IMG/VR virus record: IMGVR_UViG_2657245091_000018
Direction: 5' to 3' (one strand)
Origin: a virus
Taxonomy: Duplodnaviria > Heunggongvirae > Uroviricota > Caudoviricetes
DNA length: 30,872 nt
Both the position numbers and the translations under genes were made by a program. Of the stretch, positions 18,005-27,597 are shown piece after piece. The notes beneath the pieces are model-generated. The model was not told where the DNA came from and did not search any database. It saw nothing but the letters and a program-made list of their open reading frames with translations. Each line of letters begins with the position of its first letter. Position 1 is the first letter of the stretch.

Positions 18005-18316
18005 ATGATGAACGGAGAAACGTCACTGCTTGAAAAGCTGTTGCTTATCGGGGCCGTGATCGGCCTGGGGCAACTGATGGTCAGCAATGAGCGAATCACA
18101 ACCCGTCTGCTGGTCGGGCGGATGATTCTGGGATCTGCAGTCGCACCGCTGGCCGCAATCCCGCTGCTGAAATTCCCCGATATGCCGGAACTGGTCGTCA
18201 TTGGGCTGGCCTGCGCCCTGGGCATTCTGGGAAGTGCGTTTATTGAGGCGGGGCTAAAGCGCTGCCTGGACATGTATATCAAGCGATGGGGGAGCAAGCG
18301 CAATGAAACTGAGTGA
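18005..18316 (+). CDS. holin
   Basis: 103 aa with three hydrophobic segments (LLLIGAVIGLGQLMV, LVGRMILGSAVAPLAAIPLL, LVVIGLACALGILGSAFI) and a charged C-terminus. Immediately upstream of and overlapping the endolysin. Confidence 0.6.
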   Translation: MMNGETSLLEKLLLIGAVIGLGQLMVSNERITTRLLVGRMILGSAVAPLAAIPLLKFPDMPELVVIGLACALGILGSAFIEAGLKRCLDMYIKRWGSKRNETE

Positions 18317-18641
18317 AAAACAGCAACTTTTTACGGTGATGATCGCCAGCCTGATTCATTTTGCCCAGGAAAAAGGCTATCGCCTGACGTTTGGCGAAGC
18401 GTACCGCACGCCGGAACAGGCCGCGCTTAACGCAAAAAAAGGGAGCGGCATTACTAACAGCCTGCATACCCAGCGCCTTGCGGTGGATTTTAACCTGTTT
18501 ATTAACGGCGAATACCAGACCGACAGCGCCGCATATCGCCCCCTGGGCGAATACTGGGAATCTATCGGCGGATCGTGGGGTGGACGTTTCAGTAAGCCGG
18601 ACGGGAACCATTTCAGTCTTGAGCATAACGGGGTTCGCTGA
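18303..18641 (+). CDS. endolysin, peptidase M15 family (L-alanyl-D-glutamate / D-Ala-D-Ala peptidase type)
   Basis: 112 aa. Zn-binding pattern H...D (SLHTQRLAVDF) and HxxxxH (DGNHFSLEH), characteristic of the small M15/VanY-like phage endolysins. Confidence 0.8.
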   Translation: MKLSEKQQLFTVMIASLIHFAQEKGYRLTFGEAYRTPEQAALNAKKGSGITNSLHTQRLAVDFNLFINGEYQTDSAAYRPLGEYWESIGGSWGGRFSKPDGNHFSLEHNGVR

Positions 18642-19024
18642 TGCGCAATTTGCTGGGTCTTTTGCTGATTCTGGCAGCTGCAATGTCAGCGGGCTGGCAG
18701 GCGCATGACTGGCACGACGCAAAGCTGAAACTCGCTGCCAGTGAAGCGGCAGAACAAACGCGCCAGATTGTTGTTGAGGTGACACAGCAGTCTGGTGAAG
18801 CGCTGGAAGCAAAACTCGCGGAGCTGAGGGCCAATGAAATTCATACGGAACGGGTTATCCGCACGGAAACCATTAAATCGGTTTTTAGCAATGTTTGTGC
18901 TTCTGATGATTACGTCCGGTTGTTCAACGAAAGTGCAGATCAAGCCGAACGAAAATTATCAGGAAAACCAGCTGGCACTTTGCCCGGTCACGTTGCCACG
19001 TCTGGCCGGACCGACCGGAAGTGA
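18641..19024 (+). CDS. i-spanin (Rz-like inner-membrane spanin)
   Basis: 127 aa. N-terminal TM (LLGLLLILAAAMSAGW), then charged helical region (KLKLAASEAAEQTRQ...LEAKLAELRANE). Start overlaps the endolysin stop. Confidence 0.7.
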   Translation: MRNLLGLLLILAAAMSAGWQAHDWHDAKLKLAASEAAEQTRQIVVEVTQQSGEALEAKLAELRANEIHTERVIRTETIKSVFSNVCASDDYVRLFNESADQAERKLSGKPAGTLPGHVATSGRTDRK

Positions 19025-19130
19025 CTTTGACGCGGCGCTGAAAGCCTACCGGCTGATGTATACCGACTGCGCCGCCCGACATAACGCCCTGGTGGGCATC
19101 ATTCGACAACGTAAGGAATTAGCACAATGA
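18891..19130 (+). CDS. o-spanin (Rz1-like outer-membrane lipoprotein), partly overlapping the i-spanin in another frame
   Basis: ORF 18834..19130 in the +1 frame relative to the i-spanin. The internal Met at 18891 gives MFVLLMITSGCSTK..., a signal peptide with a lipobox-like TSGC Cys. Overlapped spanin architecture. Confidence 0.65.
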   Translation: MFVLLMITSGCSTKVQIKPNENYQENQLALCPVTLPRLAGPTGSDFDAALKAYRLMYTDCAARHNALVGIIRQRKELAQ

Positions 19131-19396
19131 GCAAATCGAAAAAAATCGCCATGACCGTGGCGGGCGTAAATCTGAGCTTTGAGCCGAATAAAACCGCGTT
19201 CAACAACCTGCTTAACGAAATGACCATGACCAATAAAGTTGCCCCAATGGTGACGTATCTGGGCCGCATTGTTGATGCCGAGTGTAAAGAGGCGCTCAAC
19301 AAGCTGATGGAAGATTATCCGGGCTGCGAAATGCAGATCGTCGAGAAGGTTAACGAAATTTACTCCCCAAAACTTGAGATCGAAGTAAAAAACTGA
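19127..19396 (+). CDS. tail assembly chaperone (P2 gpE-like, short product)
   Basis: 89 aa, directly upstream of the tape measure. Ends ...EIEVKN with the slippery heptamer A_AAA_AAC at 19387-19393. Confidence 0.65.
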   Translation: MSKSKKIAMTVAGVNLSFEPNKTAFNNLLNEMTMTNKVAPMVTYLGRIVDAECKEALNKLMEDYPGCEMQIVEKVNEIYSPKLEIEVKN

Positions 19397-19584
19397 CGGC
19401 GCGGGTAGCGGCCATTCGCACGAATGCCCTGGAGCAATACCTTGCCTTGCGCCGCTATTACCTCCCGCACGAAGACGACGACGAAGAAAGCATCGCCCGC
19501 GCCCTGTGGCTGGATGAATATTTCGCCCAGACCCGCGCCAGTAAGACGGCGGAAGGGATAGCAATCGCATTTAACGGAAACTGA
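19127..19584 (+). CDS. tail assembly chaperone, -1 frameshift-extended product (gpE+E'-like)
   Basis: A -1 slip at A_AAA_AAC (19387-19393) continues as KKLTARVAAIRTNALEQYLALRRYYLPHEDDDEESIARALWLDEYFAQTRASKTAEGIAIAFNGN, stop at 19582-19584, 1 nt before the tape measure ATG (19586). The 190-bp gap is otherwise unexplained. Confidence 0.6.
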
Positions 19585-19585
19585 T

Positions 19586-21700
19586 ATGAGCCACCTGGAT
19601 TTTACCCTGAGCCTGATCGATAAGCTGACGCGGCCATTAAAGACGGCCCAGTCTTCGCTGTCTGGCTTTGCTGAAAAATCGCAGGAGTCTTTTACAAAAA
19701 TCGGGATTGGTGCGGCGGCTGTCTGGGGCGTGGCGCAGTCCATCGCGGGCGTGGTGGGTCCGGCGTATGAGATGAACGCCGCGCTTGCAGAAGTGGGTTC
19801 CAAAGGCGTAGCAGAGGACGCGCTGAAGCGTATGTCCGGCGAAGCCATGCGATTCAGTATGCGCTACGGCAAAGGGGCCGTTGATGTGGTCCGGTCAAGC
19901 TACGCGATGAAAGGCGCAATGGCGGGCCTGTCCGATCTGGACCTGCCCCGCGTTACCATCGCGGCCAATACCCTGGCCGCAGGCGTCAAGGCCAGCGGCG
20001 AAGAGGCAGGCGAATACATCGGCGCGATGGCGTCACGTTTCAACGCGGAATTGTCCAGTCTGGGGCATGTGCGTTTTGCCGAAGAGCTGGCAGGAAAAAC
20101 GGCGTACATGGTGCAAAACTTCGGCGTGAAAATGCAGACCATGCAGGAGCTTATCGAGGGGACGAAAAGCGCCGGTGCTGACTTTGGCGTCAGCCTGGAT
20201 GAACAGTTCGCCGTACTGGGTACGCTTTCGCGCACGCTGGGTACTGAGGCCAGCGGGATCTACGAGCAGTTTTTACGCAGCGCCCCGGCTGCCGCTGAAA
20301 AGCTGGGTATGAGCTTTGTCGATGCCACCGGAAAAATGCTGCCGATGGGCGACATTCTGCAAAAACTCCAGAACAAATACGGGCAGAGCATTGAAGGGAA
20401 CGTCAAGGCACAACAGGCGCTGGATGCCGCGTTCGGTGGTGGTGCTGACGTTATCAAAAAGCTGTACGGCCAGCAGGATAAATTAAACCGCAGCATCACC
20501 GAGCTGGGCCGAAATGACGGGATGAAACGCGCCCAGGAAATGGCCGAACGAATGGCTGAGCCGTGGGAACGTATCAAAGCGACATTCTTTGCCATTCGCG
20601 TGGCGATTGGTAACACGCTGTTCCCTATCCTGTCGCCGCTGATGAACCGTATTGCCGACGTGGGGACAAAATTTGCCCGCTGGCTGGATATGTTCCCGAA
20701 TATTGCCCGCTGGCTGGGTTACATCACCCTGGGCGTGCTGTCCTTCGGGTTGGCTGGGGCGGCGGTCAATATCGTGATGGGGGTCTTTGGCTTCACCATG
20801 ACAGGGCTGGCCGCAATTGCAAAAGTGCTGGGCGGGGCATGGAAACTCCTGTTATGGACGCTCAACCTGTTGCGTCCGTCCCTGCTGACGACGCGCATCG
20901 GTCTGGCTGCATTGTGGATCCAGTCAAAATTACTGGCGCTGTGGACGGGCGTCTGCCGCATCGCGCTTGCTGCATGGAATATCGCGTTAAAGGCCGGAGC
21001 CATTGCCATGCGGGTTTACGGTGCGGCGACCATGTTTGCCGGGGCGGCAATGCAACTCCTGATGAGTCCGATCACTCTGATCGTTGCCGGGCTGGCACTT
21101 CTGGCCGTGGGGGTCTGGTATGTCATCACCCACTGGGAAGAACTGGCGGCAGCAATCATGGATACGTCGGCTTTTGCCTGGGTGATGTCGGTCGCTGAAC
21201 AGGTAGGCCAGGTGTTTGCGCAGGTCTGGCAGTCCATCACAGACGGCTGGGCCGTGGTGGTTGATTTCTTTGCCGGTCTTTCCCCGCTTGCCACCTTTGA
21301 AGGGTTCGCACAAACCATCGGCGGGGTATTCAGCAAACTTTTTGACGTCCTCAAAAATACCTTTGCGTCTACCTATAACTGGATTGTCGAGAAGTTAAAC
21401 AAGATCCCCGGCGTAAACATCGACCTGAAAACCGTTTCGCCACCGGCAGCGGCTGCCGTTCCGGCAAATGCGGTCATTCCTGACAGTGCTGCAGGTTCAT
21501 CGAAGCTAAACAGCCCGTCCGTGCTGACGGGGAACCGAATTAATGCAGGCATCCCACGCGGCGGCCTGATGAGTCAGGTTAAAAACGACAGCAAAACCGC
21601 TGTTGATAACCGTAAAACGTGGGGCGATACCTACATCAACGCCCCCAATGGAATCACCCCGGCCCAGCTGGCTGAATGGCAGGAGCTTAACGCAGGATGA
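19586..21700 (+). CDS. tail tape measure protein
   Basis: 704 aa. Ala/Gly-rich with a hydrophobic central region (LGYITLGVLSFGLAGAAVNIVMGVFGF...), following the chaperone frameshift pair. Confidence 0.85.
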   Translation: MSHLDFTLSLIDKLTRPLKTAQSSLSGFAEKSQESFTKIGIGAAAVWGVAQSIAGVVGPAYEMNAALAEVGSKGVAEDALKRMSGEAMRFSMRYGKGAVDVVRSSYAMKGAMAGLSDLDLPRVTIAANTLAAGVKASGEEAGEYIGAMASRFNAELSSLGHVRFAEELAGKTAYMVQNFGVKMQTMQELIEGTKSAGADFGVSLDEQFAVLGTLSRTLGTEASGIYEQFLRSAPAAAEKLGMSFVDATGKMLPMGDILQKLQNKYGQSIEGNVKAQQALDAAFGGGADVIKKLYGQQDKLNRSITELGRNDGMKRAQEMAERMAEPWERIKATFFAIRVAIGNTLFPILSPLMNRIADVGTKFARWLDMFPNIARWLGYITLGVLSFGLAGAAVNIVMGVFGFTMTGLAAIAKVLGGAWKLLLWTLNLLRPSLLTTRIGLAALWIQSKLLALWTGVCRIALAAWNIALKAGAIAMRVYGAATMFAGAAMQLLMSPITLIVAGLALLAVGVWYVITHWEELAAAIMDTSAFAWVMSVAEQVGQVFAQVWQSITDGWAVVVDFFAGLSPLATFEGFAQTIGGVFSKLFDVLKNTFASTYNWIVEKLNKIPGVNIDLKTVSPPAAAAVPANAVIPDSAAGSSKLNSPSVLTGNRINAGIPRGGLMSQVKNDSKTAVDNRKTWGDTYINAPNGITPAQLAEWQELNAG

Positions 21701-22032
21701 GTACCGAACCGTTATACATCGACCTTTTGATCACTGACGGCGATTTCACGCTGGACAGCGGCAACGAGCCGCGCCGTTGCGATAACCGCGACAGCATCAC
21801 CCAGGACATTATTCACAGCATTCTGGAAAGCGGTATCACCACCCGCCTGATCGGTGAACGCAGCCCGACAATGCGCGGTGACGTGCTGACGCAACTGTCC
21901 TTACTGGTGGAAAGCGACGAACGTCTGGTCCCAGGAACCATAGTGATCACCGAAGAAACCCTTTCGAGGTTGTATATCACGGCGGAAACCTACGATTTCG
22001 GCCCTGTCAGTACAGAGGTTAACTATGACTGA
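21697..22032 (+). CDS. baseplate wedge protein (gpW/gp25-like, GP46/DUF2590-type)
   Basis: 111 aa, immediately before the baseplate J-like gene with overlapping start/stop. Position matches the W-J-I module. Confidence 0.5.
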   Translation: MSTEPLYIDLLITDGDFTLDSGNEPRRCDNRDSITQDIIHSILESGITTRLIGERSPTMRGDVLTQLSLLVESDERLVPGTIVITEETLSRLYITAETYDFGPVSTEVNYD

Positions 22033-23209
22033 GAAACCCGACGTTGATTTCGAAAAGGTACTGAATGACAGCGGGATGCCCGCGACAGAGGCCGAAATTA
22101 CGGCGGCATTTAAAGCCACCGTGCAGGCGGAAGGGTTCGTCACAAACACGTCGAGAATGTCACCTTTCTGGCGGCTGATTTCGAAGATTGTCACCACGCC
22201 GGTGTTATGGCTGCGTGCGGCGCTGATCGATGTGGTTCTGCGCAATATGTTTGTTGCGACTGCCACCGGTCCCATGCTGCGCCTGCTGGCCTGGGCGGTT
22301 CATATCGAGCCTAAACCGGCCAGTGCTGCCGCTGGCGTGCTGCGATTCTTCAAGCTGAATGCGGCGGATGTGGTCGTCGTGCCTGCCGGAACACTGGTGC
22401 AAACAGAGCGCATTAACGGCGTGGTTTACGTGCTGGCCGTGAATGAAGACGTGACACTGCCTGCCGGGGTTGAAAGCGGGCTGGTTCCCGTCACGGCGAC
22501 CGGCACCGGCAGCGGCTATAACCTTGCGCCAGGCTATTACCGGATCTTACCTGTTGCAGTAGCTGGAATCGCCAGCGCGGTCAATGAGGACGAATGGCTG
22601 ATTACGCCAGGGGCTAACGAGGAAAGCGACGACGAGCTGCGCGACCGCACCCGCAACCAGTTTAATCTGGTGGGGAATTACCACTCTGACGCTATCTACC
22701 GCAGCATGATTGCCAGCGTGCTGGGCCTGAGCATTGATCGCATCTACTTTTTGCACGATGCCCCGCGTGGGCCGGGTACGGCAAATGCTTATCTGTTACT
22801 GGACAGCGGCGAAATATCACAGCCCTTTATTGATGCGGTTAACGATTATGTGAATACCCAGGGCCACCACGGACACGGTGATGATCTGCAGTGTTATGCC
22901 ATGCCGGAAACCAGTCACACCCTGGCGGTTACTGTCTATGTCAAAAGCGTGGAAAACATGGAAGCGGAAGACCTGAGCGCGTTAAAAACCGGTATTACCG
23001 ACCTGATTCGTTGCGCGTTTCGCGAGAACGCCAATTACGACGTTAAAAAGACGCAGCCCTATTCGCGCTATTCCTTTTCGAATCTGGGCCGCGAGATCCA
23101 CAAGGCTTTTCCGGTTGTCGATTCACTGCATTTTTCACTAACGGATATTGTCAGCGAACTGTCGGTCCCGCGCCTGTCAGGGTTAACGGTGGAGATTGAA
23201 AATGACTGA
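22025..23209 (+). CDS. baseplate J-like protein
   Basis: 394 aa, between the wedge-like and I-like genes. Size and position fit the baseplate_J family. Confidence 0.7.
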   Translation: MTEKPDVDFEKVLNDSGMPATEAEITAAFKATVQAEGFVTNTSRMSPFWRLISKIVTTPVLWLRAALIDVVLRNMFVATATGPMLRLLAWAVHIEPKPASAAAGVLRFFKLNAADVVVVPAGTLVQTERINGVVYVLAVNEDVTLPAGVESGLVPVTATGTGSGYNLAPGYYRILPVAVAGIASAVNEDEWLITPGANEESDDELRDRTRNQFNLVGNYHSDAIYRSMIASVLGLSIDRIYFLHDAPRGPGTANAYLLLDSGEISQPFIDAVNDYVNTQGHHGHGDDLQCYAMPETSHTLAVTVYVKSVENMEAEDLSALKTGITDLIRCAFRENANYDVKKTQPYSRYSFSNLGREIHKAFPVVDSLHFSLTDIVSELSVPRLSGLTVEIEND

Positions 23210-23795
23210 GTTTTCGAAGTTGCTTTCCGGTCTGAAATTGCCGTCGTGGCTGAACAAAGGCGACCCCGCCAGGCTGTTGCGTGGCAGCGTGAAGTTCTGG
23301 TCGCAGGTGTACGGGTGGATCACCTGGCCGTTAAAGCAGTTTGACCCGCTGGTTTGCCCTGAGCCGCTGTTGAACCTGATTGCCTGGGAGCGCGACATCG
23401 ATCGGTTTAAGGGGGAGCCGCTCGACATCTTCCGCAAGCGGGTGAGTTACGCATTTATCAATGCGCAGCAGGCCGGAGAGGTGGCGGGCTTTATTGCCAT
23501 TTTTGAGCGACTGGGGATTGGTTACGTTGAATTACTGGAACGGCAGGACGGACTCGACTGGGACGTGATTGTCGTTCGAGTGACAAGCAGCCAGGTTGCG
23601 GAAAATGGCGATCTCCTGCTGGAAATCATTCGCAAATATGGGCGCACATGCCGCCGTTACCAGTTTGAAGTAATCGACACCCTGCCACTGAATATCAATA
23701 TTGGCTGGTATCAGGGGGAATATATTTGCTGGCCTGCCACCCTGGGCGATGTGAATAACCAGTCAGAAGCAACATATAGCGCAAGTTTGAAGTAG
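23196..23795 (+). CDS. tail protein I-like (baseplate)
   Basis: 199 aa (P2 gpI is about 176 aa), directly upstream of the tail fibre, overlapping the J-like stop. Confidence 0.55.
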   Translation: MKMTEFSKLLSGLKLPSWLNKGDPARLLRGSVKFWSQVYGWITWPLKQFDPLVCPEPLLNLIAWERDIDRFKGEPLDIFRKRVSYAFINAQQAGEVAGFIAIFERLGIGYVELLERQDGLDWDVIVVRVTSSQVAENGDLLLEIIRKYGRTCRRYQFEVIDTLPLNINIGWYQGEYICWPATLGDVNNQSEATYSASLK

Positions 23796-23806
23796 AGGGA
23801 ATATTA

Positions 23807-25771
23807 ATGTCACAGGCCGTCATTACAAAAGCATTTGCAGAGTGGAAAGCCCAGCAGGCAATTAATAACCAGCCCGTCACGCTGGATGAGTTTATTTTTG
23901 CTTATATTCCGGGGCTGGATGCTGACAAGCCGATTAATAATACTGAAACAACGCCAGCGGAAGATAAAATAGTTTGTCGTCAGGCGGTGAATAAAGCCGG
24001 TGTTGTGAATGAAAACTCTGTCGTTTATTCCGTTACCCTGGGGGCGGATGTGGGCGATTTTGATTTCAACTGGATCGGGCTGGCAAATAAGGCAACGGGT
24101 ACACTGGCGATGATTATTCACGCCCCGACCCAACGAAAAATTAAAAACGCAGACGGTCAGCAGGGAAACGTTCTTGTTCGTTCCATGCTGATGGAATACA
24201 GCGGAGCCAGGGAAGCGACCGAAATTAACACTCCGGCAGAGACATGGCAGATTGATTTTACTGCCCGACTGGTGGGAATGGATGAACGCCAGCGCCGGGA
24301 AAATATCGATCTGTATGGCGCAGCGGCATTTTTTGATTCGGGCTATCTGGTCGCAAAGTCCGGCAATCAGTTTTTTGTCACAAAGGGGGCGGGATATGTC
24401 GCCGGATTGCGTGCCGAATTGCCCGCAAACTTCAATATCACAGTATCCGCGAAACCGACAAAAATCTGGCTTGATGTGAGCTGGACCGGGACGTTAACAA
24501 GCGAATGGGCTGTACAGAGCAAAATTACTGTTGCTGCAGATCTTGCCGATTATGTGCTGGGCGGTGTGCAGCATTATGTCTTTGCGGTGGCGAGTATTGA
24601 TGCTGCCGGAAATATCACTGACCTGCGCCCGAAAGGCACGCTAAATGACCAGGCGGCCAGCGATGCGCTGAAAAAGCATGAACAATCCCGAAATCACCCT
24701 GATGCATCAACCAGTGAAAAGGGTTTTGTGCGGTTAAGCAGTGAAACGAACAGTGATTCCGAAGCGATGGCCGTCACGCCAAAAGCATTAAAAGCGGTGA
24801 ATGAGAATGCAAATGGCCGCGTTCCGGCATCACGAAAAGTGAACGGCCATGCCCTGAATGGAGATATCAATGTCACTTCACGGGATATTTTTGACGGCCA
24901 GGTTATAGCGATTGGTGCAAATAAGAATCTGGATGATTACCAGGTACCGGGGCTTTATTTTCAGGAAGCGAACAACAATACCAGTGCAGCAATGAATTAC
25001 CCGGAGAATAGCGCGGGTTCTCTGATGGTACTGAGAGGTGCCGGAGTCACTCAGGTTTATCGTGTGTACAACAGCTCGCGCAGTTATTCGCGCAGCAAGT
25101 ATTCAACGCTGGCATGGACGCCGTGGATGCCAGAAGATTCTTACCCTGTCGGCGCACCTATCCCCTGGCCATCGGATGTTACCCCGACAGGGTACGCCTT
25201 AATGCAGGGGCAGCCCTTTGATAAAGCGGTCTATCCATTGCTAGCGATTGCCTATCCTGCGGGGATTATCCCGGACATGCGAGGCCAGACGATTAAGGGT
25301 AAACCGAACGGTCGCGCGGTACTCTCGTATGAACAGGATGGTGTTATATCGCATACCCACGGAGCCAGTATTTCCGATACCGATTTGGGGACGAAATACA
25401 CCAGCTCTTTTGATTATGGTTCAAAACCAACAACCAGTTTTGACTACGGCAATAAATCCTCCACTGAGGGTGGGTGGCACGCACATAACTTTCGTTATTG
25501 CGCAACGTCTGCATACCGGGATACCCCCGGTCAGGGGCTGGGGATGCATTCGTCTAATGTTTCATGGGCGGCGGGAGATCGCATTGAGGGAAGCGGTAAT
25601 CATGCTCATGTGACATGGATCGGCCCTCATGATCACTGGGTGGGTATTGGTGCGCATAACCATTATGTGGTTATGGGCTATCACGGACATACAGCGACCG
25701 TTCATGCCGCAGGAAATGCGGAAAATACCGTTAAAAATATTGCGTTTAACTACATTGTGAGGCTTGCCTGA
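23807..25771 (+). CDS. tail fibre protein with tail-collar domain and HxH-rich C-terminal tip
   Basis: 654 aa. Conserved P2/Mu-type fibre N-terminus ([38 protein letters not shown]). Collar-like segment [38 protein letters not shown]-terminal 115 aa carry six HxH motifs (HTH, HAH, HAH, HDH, HNH, HGH). Confidence 0.85.
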   Translation: MSQAVITKAFAEWKAQQAINNQPVTLDEFIFAYIPGLDADKPINNTETTPAEDKIVCRQAVNKAGVVNENSVVYSVTLGADVGDFDFNWIGLANKATGTLAMIIHAPTQRKIKNADGQQGNVLVRSMLMEYSGAREATEINTPAETWQIDFTARLVGMDERQRRENIDLYGAAAFFDSGYLVAKSGNQFFVTKGAGYVAGLRAELPANFNITVSAKPTKIWLDVSWTGTLTSEWAVQSKITVAADLADYVLGGVQHYVFAVASIDAAGNITDLRPKGTLNDQAASDALKKHEQSRNHPDASTSEKGFVRLSSETNSDSEAMAVTPKALKAVNENANGRVPASRKVNGHALNGDINVTSRDIFDGQVIAIGANKNLDDYQVPGLYFQEANNNTSAAMNYPENSAGSLMVLRGAGVTQVYRVYNSSRSYSRSKYSTLAWTPWMPEDSYPVGAPIPWPSDVTPTGYALMQGQPFDKAVYPLLAIAYPAGIIPDMRGQTIKGKPNGRAVLSYEQDGVISHTHGASISDTDLGTKYTSSFDYGSKPTTSFDYGNKSSTEGGWHAHNFRYCATSAYRDTPGQGLGMHSSNVSWAAGDRIEGSGNHAHVTWIGPHDHWVGIGAHNHYVVMGYHGHTATVHAAGNAENTVKNIAFNYIVRLA

Positions 25772-26358
25772 TGACTTTTGAAATGACCGGAGAAAACCGG
25801 ACAATTACCATCTATAACCTGCGTGCTGATACAAATGAATTTATCGGGAAAAGTGATGGGTTTATCCCTGCTAATACCGGTTTGCCTGCTAACAGTACCA
25901 ATATTGCGCCACCGCCGATGAAAGCCGGTTTTGTCGCTGTATTTAATTCTGCGTCAGAAAAATGGTCACTTGTTGAAGACCATCGCGGGAAAATTGTTTA
26001 CGACATTCTCACCGGGAAATCCATCACGATTGATGAATTAGGTCAGTTACCTGACGACGTTGTTTCCGTTGCGCCGGAAGGCCATTTTGTTAAATGGAAT
26101 GGTAAAAAATGGGTGCATGATGCTGACGCAGAAAAAACGGCACAGATTACACAGGCTACACAGCAAAAAGACAGTCTTCTGGCGCTGGCTGCATCAAAAA
26201 TTGCCCCATTACAGGATGCTGTTGATCTGGATATTGCAACGGAAGAGGAAACAGCGCTTTTGCTGGCGTGGAAAAAATACAGGGTTTTGATTAATCGTAT
26301 TAAGCCAGAAGATGCGCCAGATATTGACTGGCCGGAGGTTCCGGGCGATGTGGCGTGA
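25771..26358 (+). CDS. tail fibre assembly protein (Tfa/gpG-like)
   Basis: 195 aa. C-terminal LQDAVDLDIATEEETALLLAWKKYRVLINRI is the characteristic Tfa motif. Start overlaps the fibre stop (ATGA). Confidence 0.85.
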   Translation: MTFEMTGENRTITIYNLRADTNEFIGKSDGFIPANTGLPANSTNIAPPPMKAGFVAVFNSASEKWSLVEDHRGKIVYDILTGKSITIDELGQLPDDVVSVAPEGHFVKWNGKKWVHDADAEKTAQITQATQQKDSLLALAASKIAPLQDAVDLDIATEEETALLLAWKKYRVLINRIKPEDAPDIDWPEVPGDVA

Positions 26359-27076
26359 GTCGGTTATAAAGATTGCTGATGATATGGGGGCGCTGGCCTG
26401 TTCAATTGTGCCAGCGCATCCCTGGGTTTACGGTCTGGGACAGAACACCGATTCAGGCGGTTATCTCAGTCCGGCCAATGCGCTGGGATACCTTGCTAAA
26501 AAGCTGTTATCCGGTGGCGGTAGCGGTAGCGGTGATGTCATCGTCATGATGGTGGCGGAGAATACCCACGATGCTTTTATGCAGGGACTGAATAAACTGT
26601 CCACCGTATTTCCGGCCCCGGTATTTACGCAGGTAAGCCGTATGGCCGCAGCCGCCGCAGAACTCAGCACGGTAAAAATGCAGTTGCCGGTTAAAGCCGA
26701 TGTATTGCCAGCCAGTGCGCCGTTATCAGTCTCAACCAACCGGCTGGCGCTGAATGCCCAGCGTGTTGCCGCCGCGCAGCTGGCCGCCGCAGTCAGTACC
26801 ACCACAACAGATCTAAAAAACCAGGTGACGGGATTTATTCAGGAACGGGCCGGTTTGCTGTCCTCGCTCAGCCAGGGACTGGACGACCTGAAAGCCGCCA
26901 GTGCGAATATTTTTGCATTCAGTTACAGCGGGAGTTATGCCGTTGCTGCCGCAGAATTGCTGAAAGGCATCCCGCAAACAACGGCAGTGCATACCGCCGC
27001 GATGATGTTTATCGGGGATTCGTTATCTGACTTAGGGAAGATGCTACATGAGCCAGACCGCATTACTCGCGCTTGA
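26348..27076 (+). CDS. phage tail-associated protein of unknown function
   Basis: ORF 26312..27076; probable start at ATG 26348 overlapping the Tfa stop. Ala-rich, contains a GGGSGSG linker. Family not recognised. Confidence 0.45.
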   Translation: MWRESVIKIADDMGALACSIVPAHPWVYGLGQNTDSGGYLSPANALGYLAKKLLSGGGSGSGDVIVMMVAENTHDAFMQGLNKLSTVFPAPVFTQVSRMAAAAAELSTVKMQLPVKADVLPASAPLSVSTNRLALNAQRVAAAQLAAAVSTTTTDLKNQVTGFIQERAGLLSSLSQGLDDLKAASANIFAFSYSGSYAVAAAELLKGIPQTTAVHTAAMMFIGDSLSDLGKMLHEPDRITRA

Positions 27077-27590
27077 TGGTGAAGGGATCGCCATGCAGAA
27101 CATGCTGGTTTCACCTTCCATGCAGTTTCAGGAAAAGGACCAGTCGGGCCAGACATCGAGCACGGCCAATGCTGAACAGGGTATCAAGGCCAAAGAGCTG
27201 CGCGTATCGGGTCTGGTGACATTCGACGACGAAGCCGTCTTACAGCGGCTTTTCCAGCTGGCATCCGCGACCGAAGCCAGCGGCGCACTGAAAAAGTACC
27301 GCGTCGCCAATGCGACGGCGACGGCTATCAACCTTCGTGAAGCCACGTTTACCGGTCAGATTGATGCCGTACCGCAGGAGGATCGCCTTGCCTGGCAGGT
27401 AAGTTTCACCCTGCGTGAAAAAGGCAGCGTCCCGGAAAAACGACAGGCCCGAAAAGGCAACGCGACGGCCAGCACCAAGCAAACAGGGGCAAAGGGCGCG
27501 GGTCCGGCTGCCGGAGCTGATGAGCCAGCCGACAAAATGAGCTGGTTTGAAGAAAAGGTCTTAAAGCCGGTCAACGATGCGCTGGGGTAA
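27048..27590 (+). CDS. phage tail/baseplate-associated protein of unknown function
   Basis: 180 aa, RBS AGGGAAG upstream, overlaps the previous gene and precedes the hub-like gene. Family not recognised. Confidence 0.45.
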   Translation: MSQTALLALDGEGIAMQNMLVSPSMQFQEKDQSGQTSSTANAEQGIKAKELRVSGLVTFDDEAVLQRLFQLASATEASGALKKYRVANATATAINLREATFTGQIDAVPQEDRLAWQVSFTLREKGSVPEKRQARKGNATASTKQTGAKGAGPAAGADEPADKMSWFEEKVLKPVNDALG

Positions 27591-27597
27591 TTAAACG

